The notes beneath the pieces are model-generated. The model had not been told where the DNA came from. It worked only from the letters and a program-made list of their open reading frames with translations, and made no database searches. The position numbers and the translations under genes were made by a program. Shown in pieces: positions 34,529-43,715 of a DNA stretch of 64,000 bases; within the stretch, counting starts at the first letter, position 1, and each line of letters opens with the position of its first letter. This DNA is from Deferribacterales bacterium (lineage in GTDB: Bacteria > Chrysiogenota > Deferribacteres > Deferribacterales > Geovibrionaceae): contig JBFWJG010000001.1 in the NCBI GenBank assembly GCA_050253335.1, forward strand, positions 46,153 to 110,152, written 5' to 3'.

Positions 34529-34560
34529 GAAAAAGGGCGGGATAAAAACCGCCCTTTTTC
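34529..34560 (-). terminator. terminator of the leftward repressor/cargo operon
   Basis: gaaaaagggcgg...ccgccctttttc. Confidence 0.8.
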
Positions 34561-34562
34561 AT

Positions 34563-35306
34563 TTAAATATTGTTCAAAAGTGTTATTGCGTTTTTGTCAT
34601 TCAAATCATACATTTTTTTCCACTCTGATAGCTGCCTAAAGCTAAGGGAAGGGAAACCTCTCAATATGTGTTCAACATCATATTCAAAATGGGCATATTT
34701 TTCTAAAAGTGCTTCCTGTGATGCCGAAAACATTTTTTCTTTTTTAGTTGCTATTAATGTGGTCATTAAAAGCTCGTTGTAAATCCAAGGAGAATATGTT
34801 GAGTAGTCATTTTCAACAGAGTTATCTGATTCAAGAAAAATAAAAACGGGTGTTTCCGAAATCATTTTAGTTAAAGCTGTAGACAAAATTATATTAATAT
34901 TATCTACACACCTTATTATTTGTTTTTTATTACTCATTGATCCAGTTAGTTCTTTAATCAAATTGTCTTTATATCCCCATACATCTGAATCAATAAATGT
35001 TGTTAAATCTAATTCTTTTGATAGCCAGTTTGAAAAATATTGTACTAAATCAACATCTGCATGGGAATGAGATAAAAAAATATCTGCATTTATTTGCGGA
35101 AACCAATCATTTTCAAGCCTAGCAACGTCAATCGTCTCATTTTTTAGAACATCGACCTTCCCTTTCAAATACTGCAAATATGGGCTATAGCTTCTTGTGC
35201 TTGCTTTTAGCCTTTTATCAAGTATTTCGCTAAATAAAAGATCTAGTCTTTTGGATGGTACAAACCTTTTAATTTCTGCTTCATTAATCTTAAACTTAAG
35301 GAACAT
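34563..35306 (-). CDS. TIR-domain protein (candidate antiphage)
   Basis: DIFLSHSHAD, FIDSDVW and SPWIYNEL (putative catalytic Glu) are TIR-like motifs; very AT-rich. Confidence 0.75.
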   Translation of the reverse strand: MFLKFKINEAEIKRFVPSKRLDLLFSEILDKRLKASTRSYSPYLQYLKGKVDVLKNETIDVARLENDWFPQINADIFLSHSHADVDLVQYFSNWLSKELDLTTFIDSDVWGYKDNLIKELTGSMSNKKQIIRCVDNINIILSTALTKMISETPVFIFLESDNSVENDYSTYSPWIYNELLMTTLIATKKEKMFSASQEALLEKYAHFEYDVEHILRGFPSLSFRQLSEWKKMYDLNDKNAITLLNNI

Positions 35307-35315
35307 GCCTACCTC

Positions 35316-35777
35316 CTATTGAAAATATGTAACAACGAGTGCAACCCCTGTTAAAATGAAATAAAGAGGAGCAACCGACCAAGTGAAAAAATTGTCTAAA
35401 ATGGAGCTTACTTTTTTATATGACATATCTGGCTTTAGATTAAAAAGTGTCCTGTCATCAAATTTACCGTCAAGCATAGCGGTAACAGCTTTATCGTATT
35501 TTGCTGTATAATCTTTTCTCAAAGCAGCATAGAGAGCATTCTGAACACCAAGAAGCACTATAACGACAAGGCATAAGGGAAGCTTCAAATTTGCCTGAAC
35601 AGAGTCATTGCTCAAAGCAATAATAGCTCCAACGATAAGTACACAAAGCATTCTACATTGAGATGAATAAGTAGACATTCTCACTATATTTTGCTGTATA
35701 AATTCAAGATAAGCGATAAATGAAGGTGAATCTGCTGTAGGCTTTTTTGAGCAATCTGAAGAGTCTTTATTTTCCAT
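35316..35777 (-). CDS. 3-TM membrane protein (TIR-associated effector-like)
   Basis: YLEFIQQNIVRMS then hydrophobic helices and a C-terminal WSVAPLY TM. Confidence 0.65.
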   Translation of the reverse strand: MENKDSSDCSKKPTADSPSFIAYLEFIQQNIVRMSTYSSQCRMLCVLIVGAIIALSNDSVQANLKLPLCLVVIVLLGVQNALYAALRKDYTAKYDKAVTAMLDGKFDDRTLFNLKPDMSYKKVSSILDNFFTWSVAPLYFILTGVALVVTYFQ

Positions 35778-35800
35778 TGTATAACCTTCTATGATTTCTT

Positions 35801-36475
35801 CTATTTTATTGACATTACATAGGTATAAAGCTTTTCGAGCTGCTTGAAATTCAGTTCCTTAAGAGATGATATTTCAACGTCCAGTAGCCTTTGAGCTATG
35901 ATGTAAGCATCATTCTTCTTATACCCTTTTTCCTTGAGCCTAACATGGATTGCAACCTGCCAATCTTTCATCACTTGGTTAGAGGTTATGTTGGGGGAGA
36001 TCTTACGCAAACGTGCTATCTGGCTGTTGAGATACTTTTGAATAGTAGGAAAATCGACTTGCTTAAGTTGATTATATTTCGTTACTTTAAATCTTCTGCA
36101 CAAAACCCCATACCACTTTTTATAAAGCCCTTGGCGGGTTTTAGTGTTGTCTGTGTCAAGGTCAACAAGCTCCTCAATCTTTGTGCGGACGGTGAGCTGT
36201 TGGGCAGGTGTTATGTCATCAGGCTGAGGAGCAATGACATGCTTTTCTGTGATCTTGGGGTTTACGTTCGTGATGAACTGGTTGTTGCTTCCTGCTATCT
36301 GGACGTTATTGTTGCCTTCAATGGATTGGCTTACGTTGGTCCGGGAACTGACCTGAAGGTTGCCGTCACCTTTAACCTTTTGAGAGGCTCTGCTTGTGTT
36401 TCCCAAAGGTTTCTTTCTTTTCTTAGCTTCTTTGAACAAGTCTATAATTTTGCCTTTTGTATCTTTGTCAGACAT
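35801..36475 (-). CDS. protein with N-terminal Q/N/G repeat motif and ORF6C-like DNA-binding region
   Basis: SQKVKGDGNLQV..SQSIEGNNNVQIAG; WYGVLCRRFKVTKYNQLKQVDF resembles ORF6C. Confidence 0.6.
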   Translation of the reverse strand: MSDKDTKGKIIDLFKEAKKRKKPLGNTSRASQKVKGDGNLQVSSRTNVSQSIEGNNNVQIAGSNNQFITNVNPKITEKHVIAPQPDDITPAQQLTVRTKIEELVDLDTDNTKTRQGLYKKWYGVLCRRFKVTKYNQLKQVDFPTIQKYLNSQIARLRKISPNITSNQVMKDWQVAIHVRLKEKGYKKNDAYIIAQRLLDVEISSLKELNFKQLEKLYTYVMSIK

Positions 36476-36497
36476 AATCAGCCTCTAAAATTATTCT

Positions 36498-36956
36498 TTA
36501 GTCTTCCATGAGGTTGTCAAATTTATATTTTTTTATACCTGCTTCAACAATACTAAATTCATCTTTCAATTTATTGTTCATCAGTACATAGTTATTTTGA
36601 AGTCTTGCAAAAATGCAATATGCTATGATTATTACAATTAATGAATGTATGGGGCTGAAAATATATGAAACTACGATAACCGATAAAAGAGTAATAATTA
36701 ACAATACAAACTTGTTCCATTCAAAATTGTCCACGTTTTTCTTGCTTTCTGCATTAAGTCTGTTAATTTCAGCATTAATCTTTTCAGGACTAATACGAGA
36801 TTTATTATTAGTAATGTTGAAATACTGGGTAAGGTCTCCTGACAGTTGTATGTTTCCACTGCCTTTAATATATTGACTTCCCGCCTCATGTGACTTGTAT
36901 TGTTGATTTTCATCACCGATAATTTTTTGAGATATTTTGTCATCTTTATCAGCCAT
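36498..36956 (-). CDS. 2-TM membrane protein with the same N-terminal Q/N/G motif
   Basis: SQKIIGDENQQY..SQYIKGSGNIQLSG followed by two hydrophobic helices. Confidence 0.65.
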   Translation of the reverse strand: MADKDDKISQKIIGDENQQYKSHEAGSQYIKGSGNIQLSGDLTQYFNITNNKSRISPEKINAEINRLNAESKKNVDNFEWNKFVLLIITLLSVIVVSYIFSPIHSLIVIIIAYCIFARLQNNYVLMNNKLKDEFSIVEAGIKKYKFDNLMED

Positions 36957-36964
36957 ACACACAC

Positions 36965-37390
36965 CTACGAAGCAAGGCTTATCAAATTGCGTATTTTATC
37001 TTTGTCTATAGTTGATTTCTCACTATTCATTGCGTCCTGAAGCAGGAGCATTACTAGCTTACTTTTCTTATCAGGCTTCATATAGAGGTCATTTTTATCC
37101 AATATTTCTTCAACTGTCTCAATAATCACTCTGAGCTTGTTTTCGATATTTTGGAAACCATTTGCTACTGTCTTGTACTCTTCTTTTGTATTTCCATTGA
37201 TAATCCAATTTAAATCTTGGTCATGGCATACTGAGAATATTTTCTCATAATCAAGAGAATTTCTTTTTTTCCATGTTGAAACCGTATTGGGCTTGATTTC
37301 AAGTAGTTGAGCAAGCTCCACATCACTGTGTAACCCTTTTACTTTTTTCAAACGCTCAATAACTAAAGTGGCATTTTGCGATTTTTCCAT
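36965..37390 (-). CDS. phage CI-like HTH repressor
   Basis: IERLK...SDVELAQLLEIKPNTVSTWKKRNS...DLNWIING; divergent from the ner-like gene. Confidence 0.85.
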   Translation of the reverse strand: MEKSQNATLVIERLKKVKGLHSDVELAQLLEIKPNTVSTWKKRNSLDYEKIFSVCHDQDLNWIINGNTKEEYKTVANGFQNIENKLRVIIETVEEILDKNDLYMKPDKKSKLVMLLLQDAMNSEKSTIDKDKIRNLISLAS

Positions 37391-37419
37391 TTGACACATT
37401 CTCAATTTGCGATTATTAT
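37391..37419 (+). promoter_or_regulatory. sigma70 early promoter of the element with candidate operator
   Basis: TTGACA-17-TATTAT; tttgcgatt occurs twice nearby. Confidence 0.7.
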
Positions 37420-37452
37420 AACGTATTAAAACAGTTTAGCACGAGGTCAACG

Positions 37453-37716
37453 ATGACACAATATGAAATCAAAACGGTTTTGACAGAGGAGATTAAACGG
37501 AAACTGCTTGAGAAGGGGCATTCCATATCGTCTTGGGCAAGGCTGAAAGGGTACAGGGTTCAGAACGTCATCACCTACATTGACCGCTATTCATCAAAAC
37601 CTCAACTGCCTCAAAGTCCAAAGATATATGAAATTTTACTTAACATTCGCAAAAGTACGGGTGTTGACCTCACAACAGGAAGAATACACAGCATGAGTAT
37701 AAGAAAAAGTACATAA
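37453..37716 (+). CDS. Ner/Cro-like DNA-binding protein
   Basis: EIKRKLLEKGHSISSWARLKGY, Ner-like HTH; position opposite the repressor. Confidence 0.7.
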   Translation: MTQYEIKTVLTEEIKRKLLEKGHSISSWARLKGYRVQNVITYIDRYSSKPQLPQSPKIYEILLNIRKSTGVDLTTGRIHSMSIRKST

Positions 37717-37733
37717 GACCTCCTTTGGTTTTG

Positions 37734-37777
37734 CCCTCCGTGTGTTTTCAGTGCTTCAAGCACGGAGGGATTTTTTT
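37734..37777 (+). terminator. terminator after the ner-like gene
   Basis: ccctccgtg...cacggaggg-a-T7. Confidence 0.65.
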
Positions 37778-37813
37778 CACCACTGGAGAAATAACAATAA
37801 CGGAGGAAACAGA

Positions 37814-38050
37814 ATGACAGCGGAACAGGCAAGAGAACGGGTAAACGGAGTTATCAGGCTGTTGGACGGGCTAACAGTAAAGGAAGCTAACCAAGTGCTT
37901 GATTCCGTAAGAAGGCAGACACAGGAAGCCATTATAAGACCGCTGGAAGACGGCATGAATTTGGCTGTTCCCCCCCAAAGAGACAGTTTCATCACTTCGC
38001 TTGAGGCTTTGGTTGAACGGCATACTAAAGGCAGTCCTGCCTCTATTTAA
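37814..38050 (+). CDS. hypothetical phage protein
   Basis: GGAGG RBS before MTAEQARER. Confidence 0.55.
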   Translation: MTAEQARERVNGVIRLLDGLTVKEANQVLDSVRRQTQEAIIRPLEDGMNLAVPPQRDSFITSLEALVERHTKGSPASI

Positions 38051-38061
38051 GGCTTTGTAAG

Positions 38062-38304
38062 GTGGTTATTTTGGAAACTGGATTGAAAGAGACGCTTGTT
38101 AGAGAACTAAGTGCAGCAAACCCTGAATATACACCTAAGGACGTTATCACCGCCTTAAAGGGTAACAGGGAATGCGCCTTTCTGACGGCGTGTGAGTTTG
38201 CGGACTTGGTTCTGGAAATATTTGAAGAAAGCAGCTTGGCGAAGATGTTTTACAGCATGAGAGAGCTTAAGAGGAGCGGGGGAGAAAAAATCCTCCCCCT
38301 TTAG
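38062..38304 (+). CDS. hypothetical phage protein
   Basis: ORF in the early operon, same strand as neighbours. Confidence 0.4.
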   Translation: MVILETGLKETLVRELSAANPEYTPKDVITALKGNRECAFLTACEFADLVLEIFEESSLAKMFYSMRELKRSGGEKILPL

Positions 38305-38462
38305 CCAAGCGATAAGCACCTTAGAACGCTCTGCCCCAACGCTTCCCAAGAATGCTTACAAGGCTTATGCCAGTTTGATCAGGTGACATGGGTAACGTAC
38401 AGGCGAATATGCACAAATACACAGGTAACACAGCTTAGGAATTAACGTCAAAAGAGGTTGAA

Positions 38463-38750
38463 ATGGCAAACAATATACAGAAGTTCGCAAAACTTGTTGA
38501 TACAGAGGAGTACGGTCAAGTCCTTCTGATGACTCTTTATAACGATGAGGCAGAACAATATGAGCTTAGATTTATGGTTAATTCAGGCAATCTCACTATT
38601 CAGGAATTACGTTGGGGCTTTCTTCCACATGCAACATTAGAAGATATATACGACTACTTGATGGATTTTCCTGTTGAGGGAATTGTTGAGGCTATTGGCA
38701 TGATGATAGAGAGAGCACCTGAAGCATGGATTCAGACGAGGGAGATATAA
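38463..38750 (+). CDS. hypothetical phage protein
   Basis: GAGG RBS, acidic 95-aa ORF. Confidence 0.6.
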   Translation: MANNIQKFAKLVDTEEYGQVLLMTLYNDEAEQYELRFMVNSGNLTIQELRWGFLPHATLEDIYDYLMDFPVEGIVEAIGMMIERAPEAWIQTREI

Positions 38751-38751
38751 G

Positions 38752-39276
38752 GTGCAAGGTACAGGTTTTAAATTAGATACGAGCGAGCTTGAAGATCTTT
38801 TCAAGGATCTGTTAGCGAAAATTGCAAATCCTAAACCTGCATTGCGTGATATAGGCGAAGCTCTTGTCTCTAGCACAGTCGAACGTCTGTATGATGGTGT
38901 CACACCTGAGGGGAAAAAGCAAACACCCGTTAAAAATCGTCCTGGTGAAACACCCCTATTGGATTCGACAGACTACTCAAGAGGCTTCAAATATGCAGTA
39001 GGTAAAGATTGGGTTGTTGTTGGCACGAATAAGCCGCAAGCCCGTCTGCTGCACAAAGGCGGTGTGCTTGAACCCAAAGTAATCAAATCCAAAGTAGGCA
39101 AAGACGGTAAGCGTAAGCCTTTAGCTTTTACCATAGGCGGTAAAAAAGTCTTTGCCCATAGTGTAAAAATTCCTGCGGTCACAATACCCGCTAGACCGCA
39201 CATAGGCATAAGTGAAGATGATAAGGAAGAGATAGCCTATCTTATAAGGCTTTACTTATCAGGAGCAGCAAAATGA
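38752..39276 (+). CDS. phage virion morphogenesis protein (Mu gpG / P2 gpS family)
   Basis: P.L..IGE.L..ST..R, VVVGTNKPQARLLHKGG, IPARPHIGISEDD. Confidence 0.85.
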   Translation: MQGTGFKLDTSELEDLFKDLLAKIANPKPALRDIGEALVSSTVERLYDGVTPEGKKQTPVKNRPGETPLLDSTDYSRGFKYAVGKDWVVVGTNKPQARLLHKGGVLEPKVIKSKVGKDGKRKPLAFTIGGKKVFAHSVKIPAVTIPARPHIGISEDDKEEIAYLIRLYLSGAAK

Positions 39277-39437
39277 TAAAAATTTATTTAACAGTATTTT
39301 TCGGAACGGTGCTTCTTATGAATGTCTTTAACGGGATTCAACTTATGAATCAGAAACCTAACATCATTATAACGGCAATATCTACAGGCATGACAATAGC
39401 CCTTTGTATGTTGTTGCTGGCTGCTTTGTGGAAATGA
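39273..39437 (+). CDS. 54-aa two-TM protein (not in ORF track)
   Basis: ATGA overlap with the upstream stop; MIKIYLTVFFGTVLLMNVF...ALCMLLLAALWK*. Confidence 0.55.
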   Translation: MIKIYLTVFFGTVLLMNVFNGIQLMNQKPNIIITAISTGMTIALCMLLLAALWK

Positions 39438-39446
39438 GGGGGATAT

Positions 39447-39743
39447 ATGGCTGAAAAAACATACAAGCCCATAGCGGCTGGGTTAAAGATACTCAAAGCT
39501 TTAGACATTATCGCAATGAGTTCCGAGCCTGTGACGGTGAAGCGGATAACGGAAATGACCGAAGAACCATACGGAACGACCATGACGCACATAGCCACGC
39601 TTGAACAGGCTGGCTACATAGAGCGTGTGGGTGACGGATACGCTATCACCCTGAAGCTCGGTACGTTCTGGGCAAAGAAAAAGGCAAGCCTTCAAGGGGT
39701 AATAACCCGCACACAGGCGGAACTAAGGGAAATAGGAGCATAG
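39447..39743 (+). CDS. IclR-type HTH protein of Mu-like phages
   Basis: AGLKILKAL...TVKRI...YGTT..HIATLEQAGYIER...YAI. Confidence 0.75.
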   Translation: MAEKTYKPIAAGLKILKALDIIAMSSEPVTVKRITEMTEEPYGTTMTHIATLEQAGYIERVGDGYAITLKLGTFWAKKKASLQGVITRTQAELREIGA

Positions 39744-39746
39744 GTT

Positions 39747-40745
39747 ATGAAGCGTGATATTGAATACGAACAGGCACAGCTTGAGGCGGCTGATGACATA
39801 GCAGAGATGGAGCTTGCCAAGGTTCAGCAGGTGAAATCAGAGCAACCGCATAATCAGCAGGAAAGAGAGGCGTTGATTGCGGAAGCGTACAGGCTGACAG
39901 GTAGAATTGAAGCATTTTCGACTTTTGCAAAATTTGCCGATGTCGGCACTTTGATTATGCTTAAACAAATCAAAGACAACAAGATTTATAAAGATATGCC
40001 AAGTCTTGGTACATGGGAAAATTATTGTCAATCAATAGGAATGTCAAGGAGCAAAGTAGATGAAGACCTCAAAAACCTTGAAATGTTTGGCGAAGCTTTT
40101 TTAGCCGACATCGGCAGTTTTGGACTTGGCTATCGTGAACTTCGCAAGCTCCGCTCCGCCGCTTCGGAAGGAACACTTTCCATAACCGACAATTCTATCA
40201 CTATCGAAGTGATAGACGGCGAAACAACCAAGCAGGAGACCATACCGTTGAACGACAAGGACGAGCTGAAGGAAGCCCTTGAGCGTATCATCACCGCCAA
40301 AGATGAAGCTCTTGCCGCTAAAGACCGTGAGCTGAAGGCGCAGGAAAAGCTAACAGAGTTCAACAAAAACGAGTGGGATAAAAGCGAAAAACAACTTCTT
40401 ACAGCCACAAAAGAGCTTAATAAGCTGACTGGCAAGGGTGTTATAAACGGCGTACCTTCTGATGATTACCCCATCTTCTCAAGGCTTTCAAGCGTTGCTT
40501 CGGACATAACGGGCATTTATGCAGAGCTGAAGCAGATTCATGCGGAAACGCTTTCTGACAACAACACCCAGTATCTCCACGGAACAATCATGTACATGGT
40601 TCAACTTGCCAGTGAGCTTTCATTCCTTGTGCCTGCGGGCATAGGAGACATGGAGGCAACGCCCGATGAAATTGACGAGATAGCAGACGGTTTACCTCTC
40701 CCCGGCATACGCAACCTGCCTAATTACGGAAAGGCTGAAAGGTAA
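39747..40745 (+). CDS. DUF3102-like protein preceding the Mu-like transposase
   Basis: LKQIKDNKIY..TWENYC..IGMSRSKVDEDLKNL..FGEAFL..GLGYRELRKLR. Confidence 0.65.
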   Translation: MKRDIEYEQAQLEAADDIAEMELAKVQQVKSEQPHNQQEREALIAEAYRLTGRIEAFSTFAKFADVGTLIMLKQIKDNKIYKDMPSLGTWENYCQSIGMSRSKVDEDLKNLEMFGEAFLADIGSFGLGYRELRKLRSAASEGTLSITDNSITIEVIDGETTKQETIPLNDKDELKEALERIITAKDEALAAKDRELKAQEKLTEFNKNEWDKSEKQLLTATKELNKLTGKGVINGVPSDDYPIFSRLSSVASDITGIYAELKQIHAETLSDNNTQYLHGTIMYMVQLASELSFLVPAGIGDMEATPDEIDEIADGLPLPGIRNLPNYGKAER

Positions 40746-40749
40746 GCAT

Positions 40750-42531
40750 ATGTCACCTGAAGCTCTGAATCACATAAAAACCTCTCTTGAGACCTGCGAA
40801 ACGCCTAAGGAACGCACCATCGAAGCCGCAAGGTTGAGTGAGTTCTACGGTATTTCTACCGCTTCATTTTGGAGATGGGCAAACAAGGCGGGTTTTCGGG
40901 TGCGTTCGGCACGCTCCGACAGGGGTAAAAGCGAGCTGACAGATGACGAGTTGAAGCTTATAGCCGCTAGAGTGCTTGTGGGCAAGCAGTTAAGGAACAA
41001 GTTTACCAACTCCGTTAAAAACGCCCTTGAGGAGCTTGCAAGAGAGGGGTTCACCTTCCCTGTGGGGTATGAACGTATATGCTCACTGCTTCGTGAAAAG
41101 GGGTACGACAAGGAGAGCTTGGCGACTATTCCGCCCCATGTAAGGCTTATCTCAAAGCACCCGAACGAGACATGGCAGTTTGATGTTACCAACTGCTTAC
41201 AGTGGCATTTGGACAAGAAAACAGGGCTTACAGAGCGTGATTTGGAGATGAATTTCTACAGCAACAAGGCTGTGAAGTTTCTTAAAACCATCAAAAGGGA
41301 GCTTCTCCGCTTCGTTATGGTTGACCATTGCACGGGTGCTTTTTTCTTCTGGTATTACTATGTTCCCGGCGAACGTGCAGAGGAAGGGGCGGACTTCTTT
41401 TATAAGGCTTTTGCTAGGAAAGACAGCCTCATACAGACCTATCTGAACTCTGAAACAGGCATGTACCAGATGCACGGAGTACCTTTCAGGCTTGTTTCCG
41501 ACAAGGGGTCAATCCTTAGGCATAAGTCTATTATCAACCTTATGGACGCTCTTGATGTGAAGATTGAGCTTCATGCCGCAGGCAACCCAAGGGCAAAAGG
41601 CAAGGTTGAACGCCTTATGCGCACCATAGGCACTAAGTTTGAAACAATCCTGAAAGTACGCCGACCTGTAGACCTTGCCGAGCTGAACCGATGGGCATTG
41701 GCATGGTGCATTAACCATAATCAGACCTTCGTGAGCAAAAAGAAGGAGCTTCCTGCCGCTGAATACTGGCTGAAGATAAGGCAGACAGAACTTAGGCTTT
41801 GCCCTCCCGAAGAGCTTTTTAAGACCCTTATACACAGGGCGGATTATGAAAGAACGGTTGACGGCAGTGGGCATATATCATTCCACGGACGGGAGTATTT
41901 TATCAAAGATGTCAACGCCGTACGCAAGAAGGTTAAGGTCACTATCAATGCCTATGAATACCCACTGATTGATATTCATTTTGACGGGCATGTATGGAAG
42001 ACCGCCCCTATAGGAACAGACGAATACGACAGGCTGATAAGCCCTGCAAACGTTGAATACGGCACTTACAGGGCATTACCCCATACCATCACGCAAAAGC
42101 ATATCAGCGAGCTTGAACAGGTGGCTATAGACAACTTTGGAGTCGGTTTTAAGGGTAATAAGCAGAAACGCCAGTCCATAGCCCCAGAACGAGGCAAAGA
42201 GAAGATTAAACCTATGGATAAGGTCATTCAGCCTGAGAAGGTTCACCATCTTCAGAAACAGGGCATTGAGCTTGTAACGCCTGATATCCATGCACCTTTG
42301 ACGGAAAAAGAGGAAAGGCACTACACCGTTACGCTTCTGTTTGACACTGGTGAAAAACGCCTTAGCACAACCGACTTGATACTCCGTATTGTTCGGGAGG
42401 TTCGTAAGCTCTCGGTTGAGGAAAATAAAGCGATAAAAGCACGTTGGAAGAACGGAGTAACAGCCACAGAGGCAGACCAAATTATACAGAACATGCTGGA
42501 GGTGACACATGCCGAGAGTAATTACAGCTAA
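40750..42531 (+). CDS. Mu-like DDE transposase
   Basis: PNETWQFD, VDHCTG, VSDKGS, GNPRAKGKVER integrase-core motifs. Confidence 0.9.
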   Translation: MSPEALNHIKTSLETCETPKERTIEAARLSEFYGISTASFWRWANKAGFRVRSARSDRGKSELTDDELKLIAARVLVGKQLRNKFTNSVKNALEELAREGFTFPVGYERICSLLREKGYDKESLATIPPHVRLISKHPNETWQFDVTNCLQWHLDKKTGLTERDLEMNFYSNKAVKFLKTIKRELLRFVMVDHCTGAFFFWYYYVPGERAEEGADFFYKAFARKDSLIQTYLNSETGMYQMHGVPFRLVSDKGSILRHKSIINLMDALDVKIELHAAGNPRAKGKVERLMRTIGTKFETILKVRRPVDLAELNRWALAWCINHNQTFVSKKKELPAAEYWLKIRQTELRLCPPEELFKTLIHRADYERTVDGSGHISFHGREYFIKDVNAVRKKVKVTINAYEYPLIDIHFDGHVWKTAPIGTDEYDRLISPANVEYGTYRALPHTITQKHISELEQVAIDNFGVGFKGNKQKRQSIAPERGKEKIKPMDKVIQPEKVHHLQKQGIELVTPDIHAPLTEKEERHYTVTLLFDTGEKRLSTTDLILRIVREVRKLSVEENKAIKARWKNGVTATEADQIIQNMLEVTHAESNYS

Positions 42532-43714
42532 TGCACGGGAAATCAACCTAAAACGGATAATACAGGCTGCACGTATGACGCAGGAAGGTTTCCGTACCAT
42601 GTTGGCAGAGGAAGCGCAGATAGATATAGCGCAGTCAAGCTTCAAGCTGCTTCTGCAAAAAGGGATTATCCCTAAATGGATAGATAAGAAGCAGGTTGAA
42701 GGCTTTGTCATGACAAGGCTGCCTTTCGTTATGCAGTCACAGGAACTGACAGCCCCGCAGATATGGGATTATGCGGAGCAGGAACAGGGTAAAAGGTTCG
42801 TGTTTGAAGCAAGCGAAGACGATTATGCCAAAAAGTTAAAAACATACATGGAGATTACTATGCTTAGATTGGATACAATGAGGCATTTCAAACTGGCTCA
42901 GAACCCTTTCATTTTGGATATACGCAGAGAGAGCGAGATATTCATGGGTTCATCTCATCAATTCGCCTTTGAAGTGATGAAACAGACGGCGGAAACAGGC
43001 GGGTTTGCCGTTATCACGGGTGAAGTCGGAGCGGGTAAATCAACCGTTCGCCGCAAGTTTTTTGAGGACTCAAGGCAGAATAAGATTTGCCAGATTATTT
43101 ACCCTGAATCAATCGACAAATCACGTTTGACTGCTAAGGACGTTCTGTATTCCATCATCTACGACCTGACCGAAGCCAAGCCGCAGGGCAATAAAGAAGC
43201 CCTAAGCAGGCAGGCAAAGGCACTGCTGCTTGCCAGAAGCAACAACAATGAGCGTACGGTTCTGGTTATCGAAGAGGCTCACGACCTGCCTGTTACCACC
43301 TTGAAGTTTCTTAAGCGCATATGGGAGCTTGAAAACGGTTTACAGAGGCTTTTAGGCATTATTCTCATAGGTCAGAATGAGCTTGAGACAAGGCTTTACG
43401 GACGAAACAGTACGGAGATAAGGGAAGTGACCGCAAGAACCGCTCATGCAAGGGTTGAAGCTCTCGGCAAGGAAATGCCTTCTTACATAGCTCACAAGTT
43501 CAAATGCGCTAAGGCAGATGTGAACAGGATTATTTCACCTGAAGCACTTAAGCTTTTGGTTGACTGTATGAAGATAACCGACCGTATGGGCAAAGAAAAA
43601 TCAATGGGGTATCCGCTCTTTGTGAGCAATGTGATGATAAGGCTTATGAACTACGCAGCAGAAGCGGGGGAAGAGCTTATAACCCCTGAAATAATAGAGA
43701 CGGTAGGAGTTTAG
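42509..43714 (+). CDS. MuB/ExeA-like AAA ATPase with N-terminal extension
   Basis: NPF, GEVGAGKST, VIEEAH, ILIGQNEL. Confidence 0.9.
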   Translation: MPRVITANAREINLKRIIQAARMTQEGFRTMLAEEAQIDIAQSSFKLLLQKGIIPKWIDKKQVEGFVMTRLPFVMQSQELTAPQIWDYAEQEQGKRFVFEASEDDYAKKLKTYMEITMLRLDTMRHFKLAQNPFILDIRRESEIFMGSSHQFAFEVMKQTAETGGFAVITGEVGAGKSTVRRKFFEDSRQNKICQIIYPESIDKSRLTAKDVLYSIIYDLTEAKPQGNKEALSRQAKALLLARSNNNERTVLVIEEAHDLPVTTLKFLKRIWELENGLQRLLGIILIGQNELETRLYGRNSTEIREVTARTAHARVEALGKEMPSYIAHKFKCAKADVNRIISPEALKLLVDCMKITDRMGKEKSMGYPLFVSNVMIRLMNYAAEAGEELITPEIIETVGV

Positions 43715-43715
43715 C

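Noticed and set aside
38525..40470. Other CTGATGA matches as extra hammerheads
   Set aside because: They lie inside coding regions and I found no matching GAAA core with paired stems by eye.
40750..43714. Tn7/CAST or IS21 transposon
   Set aside because: No TniQ/TnsD, cas genes or array; the gam, mor, gemA and ner context is Mu-like.
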